From positions 2,460,001 through 2,492,000 of the forward strand of contig NZ_LN831024.1 of the NCBI RefSeq assembly GCF_001457615.1: a stretch of 32,000 bases of DNA. The letters are read 5' to 3'. The stretch is from Pseudomonas aeruginosa (lineage in GTDB: Bacteria; Pseudomonadota; Gammaproteobacteria; Pseudomonadales; Pseudomonadaceae). The position numbers and the translations under genes are program-made. Under the pieces are notes generated by a model, which made no database searches, was not told the DNA's origin, and saw nothing but the letters and a program-made list of their open reading frames with translations. Within the stretch, counting starts at the first letter, position 1; each line of letters begins with the position of its first letter. Below are positions 16,667-23,235 of this stretch, in pieces.

Positions 16667-17696
16667 GGATGGCCGGGCGCAGCTTGAGTGGGTACGTAGA
16701 GGTACAGGGTTGGCGCGGCGCGCCCCAGCGCAGTGGATCGTGGATCGGGCGTGGTGTGTCTATCGCTGTCTCGATCTCAATCATGTGCCGCGCTCTGACC
16801 GGTATCAGGCACTGGCGTTGAAGCTTGCCGCCCTGGCGCCTTTTCGCCGCGCGGGCCATTACGTAGCCTGGCGGGGTGGCCATGCTCTGGTCTGGTTCTG
16901 GGATGAGGAGGTCCGGGAGGCCGTTGCCGAAGACTGCGTCGACCAACCTCGGCGTTATCGCTGTATCCCCGAATCCCTGCTGCAGGCTCCCCCTCGGTCG
17001 ATCGCGGAAGGCGAGACGGTTCGGCTGCTTCGGGTTCGCTCCGGGCTGGATCTCCAGGTCTGGAGAGATGACTGCCTTGTCCTGAGCCATTTCTTTCCCA
17101 GCCCACCCCAGCCAGAACAATGGGTTCGGTTGCTCCGGGGGCTGGCGGGAATACGCATCCCGGAGAGCCTGGTTGCCGAGCCTGGAGAGTCACTGGGCCG
17201 TCCCTGGGCCGTTCCGGCGGCGGAAGCAACGCTGCTGCGATGGGAGCGTTGGTTGCCGCATGGGCTCATAGCCACCCTGTTGCTGGGATGCGGATTCAAT
17301 CTGGGGGAAGGTTTGTCCTGGTGGTGGGCCGAGCGTGCGCTGCGAACGCAGTACGACCAGCTGAGCGGCCAGGTCTCGCCGATCCTCAGCGCACGCAACC
17401 AGGCCTTGCAGACCAATCGGATGGCCACGGAGCTGGGGCGCGCTTTGCAGCATCGCTCGCAGGTGGCGCTGCTGGGACAGGTAGCGGAACTGTTGCCGAA
17501 GGACAGTCGGTTGCTCGCCTGGCGCTATCGAGGCTCCGAGCTGGAGTTGCGGATTGGCACCGACAGTGTCGACCCGCGTCTCTATGTGAGGCGTTTCATG
17601 GAGTCGGGGAGTTTCGAAGATGTCAGGGTGGAACCTTCGCAGAGCGAGGGGCTATCGCTGAGCCTGGTCCTGCGTACGCCGGGGGAGGGTGCCTGA
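16584..17696 (+). CDS. GspL-like bitopic assembly-platform protein (start uncertain)
   Basis: Cytoplasmic region of about 200 aa, one TM helix (LPHGLIATLLLGCGFNLGEGLSWWW), then a coiled region plus a C-terminal periplasmic domain, placed between the K-like and M-like genes. I saw no strong family motif, so the call is by architecture and synteny. The only ATG (16584) overlaps the upstream gene by 83 nt; in-frame TTGs at 16647 and 16710 are alternatives. Confidence 0.45.
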   Translation: MIATRILRCIPISPPGFLPPRLWQGRGKDGRAQLEWVRRGTGLARRAPAQWIVDRAWCVYRCLDLNHVPRSDRYQALALKLAALAPFRRAGHYVAWRGGHALVWFWDEEVREAVAEDCVDQPRRYRCIPESLLQAPPRSIAEGETVRLLRVRSGLDLQVWRDDCLVLSHFFPSPPQPEQWVRLLRGLAGIRIPESLVAEPGESLGRPWAVPAAEATLLRWERWLPHGLIATLLLGCGFNLGEGLSWWWAERALRTQYDQLSGQVSPILSARNQALQTNRMATELGRALQHRSQVALLGQVAELLPKDSRLLAWRYRGSELELRIGTDSVDPRLYVRRFMESGSFEDVRVEPSQSEGLSLSLVLRTPGEGA

Positions 17697-18280
17697 TGTC
17701 GGACTTCCAGCGATCACTGCAGTTCCAGGGGCGGAACCTGCAACGACAATGGCAGGAAAAACCACTCTTGCGCATGGCCATCTGGAGCCTGTGCCTGCTG
17801 CTGGTTGTGCATCTGGTCATGCTCAGCATGGATTGGAGGGAGGAACGAGGGGAGGAATATCGTCGTCTGGCCGGGGAATGGCTCAAGCTCCAGGACGTTT
17901 CCCGGCAGATCGCCTGGCCGGAGCGGGCGATGCAGGCGGAGCAGGTCCTGAACCTTCAGCGAGAGCGCTTCTGGCAGGCGCCGAATGCGTCGCAGGCGAG
18001 GGCCGATGTGCAGGCCTGGCTGACCGAGCGGGTTCGCCTGGCGGGCGTCCCTGACGCGGAAGTGAGCGTACTGCTTCCTCGCGGCTTCGAGAAGCAAGGG
18101 ACGATCGCGCGTATCGAGGCCCAGGTTCGCGGGCAGTTGCAGCCAGCCTCGTTCAGTCGGTTGTTGCAGGATATAGAAGCGGAGCAGCGGCAAGTATCGG
18201 TGGAGTTTCTGGAACTGAACAATATGTTGTCGCCCATGCTCAATCTACAATTGTCGTTCCTGTTCGTAGCGGCCTATTGA
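17696..18280 (+). CDS. GspM-like bitopic protein
   Basis: TGATG junction at 17694-17698 with a GGGGGAGGG SD. 194 aa with a short cytoplasmic N-terminus, one TM helix (MAIWSLCLLLVVHLVMLSM) and a periplasmic domain. The call is by architecture and position after the L-like gene. Confidence 0.5.
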   Translation: MSDFQRSLQFQGRNLQRQWQEKPLLRMAIWSLCLLLVVHLVMLSMDWREERGEEYRRLAGEWLKLQDVSRQIAWPERAMQAEQVLNLQRERFWQAPNASQARADVQAWLTERVRLAGVPDAEVSVLLPRGFEKQGTIARIEAQVRGQLQPASFSRLLQDIEAEQRQVSVEFLELNNMLSPMLNLQLSFLFVAAY

Positions 18281-18558
18281 AGCGGATGCGGATCGGGCAG
18301 CACCCGTTTGCCGGAAGAGTTCGGCGGAGGGCGGTGCCCTTCGATGGAGCGAGTTGCCGCCAGGCGGCCGGGAAACCGAATCCGCTCGGGACGCCTGCGA
18401 TTCGGCTCTCCGGCCCGCCATTGTCGCATTCGCGCAGCGAAGAACGGCCAGTCTGGTCCGCCCTGTAAACAAGTGCAAAATTTTACTTCATGGTCGGCTT
18501 GGCACTCCGAGCCGGCTCGTCCATGCTGGAGCACAACTTTCCCATGGATACCATTGCC

Positions 18559-18840
18559 ATGAAGTTCCTGCTGCCCCTGCTGCTGTTATTCCCGCTTTCC
18601 GCTCTCGCCGACGACAAGGACTACGACCAATGCATACTCGACTACCAACGCACGGCGAAGAGCGGGGTGGCGGTTCACTTCATCACCCAGGCCTGCGACA
18701 AGTTGTATAACGACGGCTCCTTCCTGCTGTCGCGGGAAAAGGCTTATTACGAGTGTCTGCTGGAGAACCTGCCGGGGGTGGAGAACAACCTGGCGGCGCA
18801 GAAGATCAGGAGCGCTTGCGAATCGAAGTCGCAGAATTGA
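18559..18840 (+). CDS. Small exported protein of unknown function (four Cys after the signal peptide)
   Basis: MKFLLPLLLLFPLSALA/DDKDYDQC... has a Sec-type signal peptide and no lipobox Cys. The four Cys are in DQC, QAC, YEC and SAC contexts. An alternative ATG lies at 18544. Lower GC than the flanks. Confidence 0.55.
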   Translation: MKFLLPLLLLFPLSALADDKDYDQCILDYQRTAKSGVAVHFITQACDKLYNDGSFLLSREKAYYECLLENLPGVENNLAAQKIRSACESKSQN

Positions 18841-18875
18841 TCTGGCGAGGAGGGGAGCGAAAGTAGCCAGTGGGG

Positions 18876-18908
18876 TTTCCGACGGCATCGGCAGGATGCC
18901 GTCGGGAA
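18876..18908. terminator. Perfect 11-bp stem-loop between convergent genes (possible bidirectional terminator or RNA stabiliser; no U-tract)
   Basis: CCGACGGCATC (18879-18889), loop GGCAG, GATGCCGTCGG (18895-18905), extendable by T/A pairs. It lies between the stop at 18840 (+) and the stop at 18916 (-). Confidence 0.45.
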
Positions 18909-18915
18909 AACCGGC

Positions 18916-19269
18916 TTAGCGTTGCAGCCAGGATTCGACGGTTTCGGAACCGTACTGTTCTTTCCAGGCTTTCAGAACCTTGTGGTTGCCGCCCTTGGTT
19001 TCGACGACTTCACCGTTGTTCGGGTTCTTGTAGACCTTCAGGGCGCGGGCACGGCGCTGCGGAGCGGCGCTGACGGTGACCGGAGCCTTGGGGTCGAGGA
19101 TGGCGATGATGTTGTGCAGGGTCATGCCGTACTTGTCCATCAACGCCTGCAACTTGTCCTTGAATTCCAGTTCCTGCTTCAGGCTGCTGTCGCTTTTCAG
19201 CTTTTCCAGCAGGGCCAGTTGCTCCTGAAGTTTGCGCTCTGCCTCGCGGAACTCGGCAAGTTTGGACAT
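18916..19269 (-). CDS. mvaU: MvaT/MvaU-family H-NS-like nucleoid-associated xenogeneic silencer
   Basis: MSKLAEFREAERKLQEQLALLEKLKS... has an N-terminal coiled coil, and the C-terminal DNA-binding region contains KVYKNPNNGEVVETKGGNHKVLKAWK. ATG at 19269 with a GGGAG SD 8 nt upstream; the ORF-track GTG at 19278 was rejected. 117 aa. Confidence 0.9.
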   Translation of the reverse strand: MSKLAEFREAERKLQEQLALLEKLKSDSSLKQELEFKDKLQALMDKYGMTLHNIIAILDPKAPVTVSAAPQRRARALKVYKNPNNGEVVETKGGNHKVLKAWKEQYGSETVESWLQR

Positions 19270-19576
19270 TCGTTTCACTCCCGTTCTAAAAATATGGTGC
19301 TGGGTTTTGGTGCATTTATAGTGGATTTACGGACTTTCCGTGTCCGCGGCAAAGGATAAGTCTTTATCTACTGGAAGAACAATATAGTTGCACGGTTTTA
19401 TTGACTAACGGACTGTAGGGACAGCTTGCCGGATGTTTCCCGGAAGAATATGAAACCTTTATGTCCGTGGGGATAATGCTTCGTACAACCCATGGGAGAG
19501 AGACGGCAGAACGGGCCCGTTGTGTGGAAGCCCGTTTTAGAGCAGATGGCGAAGCGCCAGGGGAGAGTCGGGCGAA
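19270..19576 (-). promoter_or_regulatory. AT-rich mvaU upstream region (promoter and probable MvaT/MvaU autoregulatory target)
   Basis: Hand count of three 60-nt lines: 19261-19320 has 23/60 G+C, 19321-19380 has 28/60, and 19381-19440 has 27/60. A typical flank line (2041-2100) has 45/60. The region contains the small palindrome GATAA-N4-TTATC (19355-19368). Confidence 0.5.
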
Positions 19577-19933
19577 TCAATCGCCCCGATATTCGCAACC
19601 GCTGGTGCAAGTTTCGTGGACGCGGACCTTGGAGAGTTCCGGCAACAGCGGCTTGAGTTGTTGCCAGATCCAGCGGCAGAGGTTTTCGCTGGTGGGGTTT
19701 TCCAGGCCTGGAATATCGTTCAGATAATTGTGGTCGAGTTGCTCGTAGATCGGCTTGAAGATCGCCTTGATTTCCGCGAAGTCGCGGATCCAGCCGGTAT
19801 GCGGATCGACCTCGCCTTCGATGTGGATGGCGACACGGAACGAGTGGCCGTGCAGGCGCCCGCATTTGTGGCCTTCGGGGACGTGGGGCAGGCGATGGGC
19901 GGATTCGAAGGTGAATTCTTTGAAGAGTTCCAC
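19577..19933 (-). CDS. queD: 6-carboxy-5,6,7,8-tetrahydropterin synthase / 6-pyruvoyl-tetrahydropterin synthase family (QueD)
   Basis: [56 protein letters not shown]...[12 protein letters not shown] is nearly collinear with E. coli QueD as I remember it, including the Zn-binding His residues. The GTG start at 19933 gives 118 aa; the in-frame ATG at 19984 (135 aa) is the alternative. Confidence 0.75.
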   Translation of the reverse strand: MELFKEFTFESAHRLPHVPEGHKCGRLHGHSFRVAIHIEGEVDPHTGWIRDFAEIKAIFKPIYEQLDHNYLNDIPGLENPTSENLCRWIWQQLKPLLPELSKVRVHETCTSGCEYRGD

Positions 19934-20033
19934 TGTAGTGCGCTCTGGATCGGGGTTATCGGACAACCGGAATGGGGGCGCCATGGTAGCAGGTTTGCGC
20001 GCCGGACCCGGTCTGCTCCGACCGGGCGGTCGT

Positions 20034-21587
20034 TTACCTGAGTTGCAGGCGGCGCGCCAGGCGCGCCAGGTTGGCGCGATCCAGGCCCAGCTCGCGTGCA
20101 GCCGAGGCCCAGCTTCCCTGGTGACGGGCCAGGCAGTCCTGGATAAGGTGGCGTTGGTAGGCGTCGGTGGCCGCGCGCAACGAGTGACCGGTCGTTGGCG
20201 CGGCGGGCGCGGGCTCGACCACGCTGCGAGGTGGCGCGGGGGTTTCCGCGGGCAGGTCGAGATCCTGCCGATGCAGGGTGACGATCCGCGACCGCTCCGG
20301 ATTGTGGCCGAGGGCCTTGAGCGAGGCGCGGCCGACCAGGTGCTCGAGTTCGCGCACGTTGCCCGGCCAGCGATAGTCGAGGAGCGCGGCCTGGGCCTCG
20401 TGGTCCAGGCGCAGGCTGCGCAGTCCCAGGCGCGGTCGGTTTTCCTCGAGGAAGTAGCCGGCCAGCAGGAGGATATCGCGGCCGCGCTCGCGCAGCGGCG
20501 GCACGCGCAAGGGATAGACGCTGAGGCGATGGTAGAGATCGGCGCGGAAGCGCCCGGCACGCACTTCCTCGGCCAGGTCGCGGTTGGTGGCTGCGATCAG
20601 GCGTACGTCGACGCGGTGCTCGCGATCGGAGCCGACCCGCTGCAACTGCCCGCTCTGCAGCACGCGGAGCAGCTTGGCCTGCACCGCCAGCGGCAACTCG
20701 CCGACCTCGTCGAGGAACAGGCTGCCGCCGTCGGCCAGTTCGAACTTGCCGCGCCGTTCGTTGACCGCGCCGGAGAAGGCGCCGCGCACATGGCCGAACA
20801 ATTCGCTTTCCACCAGGGTCTCGGGCAGCGCGGCGCAGTTGAGACTGATCATCGGCTTGCCGCTGCGCATGGAATGCCGGTGGATGGATTGCGCCACCAG
20901 TTCCTTGCCGACCCCGGTCTCGCCGGTGATCAGTACGCTCAGGTCGCTGTTGGCGACCAGGCGGATTTCTTCCAGCAGCGCCTTGTGCGCGGCGCTCTGG
21001 CCGATCATTTCCCGTGGCCGCTCGCCAGCGGCTTCGAGATAGGCCTCGGCGCGCTGGTGCTCGTCCTCGGCGCGGCGGGTCAGGTCGCGCATCCGCTCGC
21101 TGGCCTTGACCGTGGCGGCGGCGAGGCTGGCGAAGGCCTCCAGGGTATCCAGGTCGGCGCTGGCGAAGCGCGACGGATCGAGGGTATCCAGGGTCAGCAA
21201 GCCCCAGGGCTGGTCGTCGAGGTACAGCGGACAGCCCAGGCAATCATGGATTTCCAGGTGGCCGTGGAGGCCTTCCACCAGACCGTCGTAGGGATCGGGC
21301 AGGCCGCAGTCGGCGGGGAAGCGGGTCGGCCCGCGGCGCTCCAGGAGGGCCTCGAGGCGCGGATGTTCGCCGACCCGGAAGCGCCGGCCGAGGGTGTCCG
21401 GGCTGAGGCCGTCCACCGCCAGCGGGATCAGGTATTCGCCGTCCAGGCGCAGCAGCGCGGTGGCGTCGCAGGGCAGCAGGTCGCGCAGGGCCTGGAGCAG
21501 GCGGCGGTAGCGTTCGTCTTCCGGCAGGTCGCGGGACAGGTCGGCAACCAGCGGGATCAGGGTGGCAAGCAAGGGATTGGTGGTCAT
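20034..21587 (-). CDS. fhpR: NorR-type NO-responsive sigma-54 enhancer-binding protein (GAF - AAA+ - HTH)
   Basis: N-terminal GAF-like domain. AAA+ Walker A GETGVGKE, sigma-54 contact loop GAFSGA (a GAFTGA variant), and a C-terminal Fis-type HTH ([21 protein letters not shown]). Divergent from the flavohemoglobin gene. Confidence 0.9.
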   Translation of the reverse strand: MTTNPLLATLIPLVADLSRDLPEDERYRRLLQALRDLLPCDATALLRLDGEYLIPLAVDGLSPDTLGRRFRVGEHPRLEALLERRGPTRFPADCGLPDPYDGLVEGLHGHLEIHDCLGCPLYLDDQPWGLLTLDTLDPSRFASADLDTLEAFASLAAATVKASERMRDLTRRAEDEHQRAEAYLEAAGERPREMIGQSAAHKALLEEIRLVANSDLSVLITGETGVGKELVAQSIHRHSMRSGKPMISLNCAALPETLVESELFGHVRGAFSGAVNERRGKFELADGGSLFLDEVGELPLAVQAKLLRVLQSGQLQRVGSDREHRVDVRLIAATNRDLAEEVRAGRFRADLYHRLSVYPLRVPPLRERGRDILLLAGYFLEENRPRLGLRSLRLDHEAQAALLDYRWPGNVRELEHLVGRASLKALGHNPERSRIVTLHRQDLDLPAETPAPPRSVVEPAPAAPTTGHSLRAATDAYQRHLIQDCLARHQGSWASAARELGLDRANLARLARRLQLR

Positions 21588-21638
21588 TTCGACCTCTTTG
21601 CAGTCCTAATGACTCTGAATGGTTGCAGTCATTATGAC
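21583..21638. promoter_or_regulatory. Three GT-N7-AC (NorR/FhpR-type) enhancer boxes
   Basis: GTCATTTCGAC (21583-21593, overlapping the fhpR start codon), GTCCTAATGAC (21603-21613) and GTCATTATGAC (21628-21638). The last two are each preceded by TTGCA. Confidence 0.65.
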
Positions 21639-21680
21639 CTATGCCGGTCTGCAAGGCCCGTGAATTCTGGTAGTTTGCCT

Positions 21681-21695
21681 TGGCACGCTTCCTGA
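21681..21695 (+). promoter_or_regulatory. Sigma-54 promoter candidate for fhp (perfect -24, degenerate -12)
   Basis: TGGCAC-gcttc-CTGA versus the consensus TGGCAC-N5-TTGC. The spacing is correct, and T and G of the -12 element are retained. It lies 47 nt upstream of the fhp ATG and downstream of the enhancer boxes. Confidence 0.5.
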
Positions 21696-21741
21696 AATGC
21701 TTCGAGGTGAAACAAAACCTTGCATGCGTCAGGAGTCATCT

Positions 21742-22923
21742 ATGTTGTCCAATGCCCAACGTGCCCTCATCAAAGCCACCGTACCGCTGCTGGAGACCGG
21801 CGGTGAAGCGCTGATCACCCATTTCTACCGCACCATGCTCGGCGAGTACCCCGAGGTTCGCCCGCTGTTCAACCAGGCCCACCAGGCCAGCGGCGACCAG
21901 CCGCGGGCGCTGGCCAATGGCGTGCTGATGTACGCCAGGCACATCGACCAGTTGCAGGAACTCGGCCCGCTGGTGGCCAAGGTGGTGAACAAGCATGTCT
22001 CCCTGCAGGTGCTGCCCGAACACTATCCGATCGTCGGCACTTGCCTGTTGCGGGCGATCCGCGAGGTCCTCGGCGAACAGATCGCCACCGACGAAGTCCT
22101 CGAAGCCTGGGGCGCGGCCTACCAGCAACTGGCCGACCTGCTGATCGAGGCCGAGGAGTCGGTGTATGCCGCCAGCGCCCAGGCCGATGGCGGCTGGCGC
22201 GGCGTGCGGCGCTTCCGCGTGGCACGCAAGCAGGCGGAGAGCGAGGAAATCACCTCGTTCTACCTGGAGCCGGTGGACGGCCAGCCGCTGCTGGCGTTCC
22301 AGCCGGGACAGTACATCGGCCTGCGGCTGGACATCGACGGCGAGGAAGTGCGCCGCAACTATTCGCTTTCCGCTGCCAGCAACGGCCGCGAATACCGCAT
22401 CAGCGTCAAGCGCGAGGCGGGTGGACGGGTCTCCAATTACCTGCATGACCGGGTCGCCGAGGGCGACGAGCTGGATCTGTTTCCGCCGGCTGGCGATTTC
22501 GTCCTGCGTGACAGCGACAAGCCGCTGGTGCTGATCACCGCCGGCGTCGGCATCACCCCGGCCCTGGCCATGTTGCAGGAAGCGCTGCCGCAGGCGCGGC
22601 CGATCCGCTTCATCCATTGCGCCCGGCATGGCGGCGTGCATGCCTTCCGCGACTGGATCGAAGACGTGTCGGCGCAGCACGAGCAGGTCGAGCACTTCTT
22701 CTGCTACAGCGAACCGCGCGCCGGCGACAGTGCCGACGCCGAGGGATTGCTGAGCCGCGAGAAACTGGCCGACTGGTTGCCGCAGGAGCGCGACCTGGAC
22801 GCCTACTTCCTCGGACCCCGGCCTTTCATGGCGCAGGTCAAGCGCCACCTGGCCGACCTCGGCGTACCCTCGCAGCAATGCCACTACGAGTTCTTCGGTC
22901 CGGCCGCCGCGCTGGACGCCTGA
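21742..22923 (+). CDS. fhp: Flavohemoglobin (NO dioxygenase): globin + FAD + NAD(P)H domains
   Basis: ATG at 21742 with an AGGAG SD at 21731-21735. Globin N-terminus MLSNAQRALIKATVPLLETGGEALITHFYRTML, FAD motif RNYSLS, and NAD-binding motif LVLITAGVGITPALAM. 393 aa. Confidence 0.92.
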   Translation: MLSNAQRALIKATVPLLETGGEALITHFYRTMLGEYPEVRPLFNQAHQASGDQPRALANGVLMYARHIDQLQELGPLVAKVVNKHVSLQVLPEHYPIVGTCLLRAIREVLGEQIATDEVLEAWGAAYQQLADLLIEAEESVYAASAQADGGWRGVRRFRVARKQAESEEITSFYLEPVDGQPLLAFQPGQYIGLRLDIDGEEVRRNYSLSAASNGREYRISVKREAGGRVSNYLHDRVAEGDELDLFPPAGDFVLRDSDKPLVLITAGVGITPALAMLQEALPQARPIRFIHCARHGGVHAFRDWIEDVSAQHEQVEHFFCYSEPRAGDSADAEGLLSREKLADWLPQERDLDAYFLGPRPFMAQVKRHLADLGVPSQQCHYEFFGPAAALDA

Positions 22924-22929
22924 AGCGAC

Positions 22930-22959
22930 GGGCCGGCGCGAGGTGCGTCGGCCCTTTTT
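22930..22959 (+). terminator. Rho-independent terminator after fhp
   Basis: GGGCCGGCGC (22930-22939), loop GAGGT, GCGTCGGCCC (22945-22954; 10 bp with one G-U pair), followed by TTTTT (22955-22959). Confidence 0.75.
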
Positions 22960-22977
22960 CGGAAAAAGGAGATCGAG

Positions 22978-23235
22978 ATGAACGCTCTGTTCGATTGTCC
23001 ACGGCGGGTGCTGCGGATCGGTCACGGGCTGCTGGCGGCCGGCCTGGCGCTGCTCGTCGCCGGCGTGATCGCCGCCTATTTCCTCGACCGCTACCTGAAC
23101 ATGCCGGCGCTGGTGTTTTCCCATGCGCTGGTGATCCTCGGCCCGACCCTGTTGAAGATTGGCTACGTGATGCGCCTGAGCGCGCTGTTCCGCATGCGTC
23201 GACCCGGTTGGGAGGTCTGCTGTGCAAGTGCTTGA
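22978..23235 (+). CDS. 85-aa small integral membrane protein (possibly the gene named ppyR in PAO1; not certain)
   Basis: AAAGGAG SD upstream of the ATG at 22978. Two hydrophobic helices (HGLLAAGLALLVAGVIAAYFL; ALVFSHALVILGPTLLKIGYV). Its end overlaps the nnrS start. Confidence 0.6.
   Translation: MNALFDCPRRVLRIGHGLLAAGLALLVAGVIAAYFLDRYLNMPALVFSHALVILGPTLLKIGYVMRLSALFRMRRPGWEVCCASA

Noticed and set aside
18500-18514. TGGCAC upstream of the small exported protein gene, as a possible sigma-54 -24 element
   Set aside because: The sequence at the -12 position is GCCG with GC two nt too close (TGGCAC-tccga-GCCG), so GG-N10-GC spacing is not satisfied.
18277-18562. Small ORFs after the GspM-like gene (18277..18468, 18308..18562, 18354..18710 on +; 18245..18534 on -) and a CCGAATC...GATTCGG hairpin (18375-18405)
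   Set aside because: The ORFs overlap one another, lack SDs and are Arg/Pro-rich. The hairpin has a 17-nt loop and no U-tract, so I would not call it a terminator.
19577-21695. ORFs 19577..20560 (327-aa extension of queD), 19720..21243 (-), 19755..21695 (+) and 19398..19865 (-)
   Set aside because: Only the last ~118-135 codons of 19577..20560 match QueD; the rest overlaps fhpR out of frame. The others are antisense or out-of-frame to fhpR (GAF-AAA+-HTH motifs) or lie in the AT-rich mvaU promoter with no SD.
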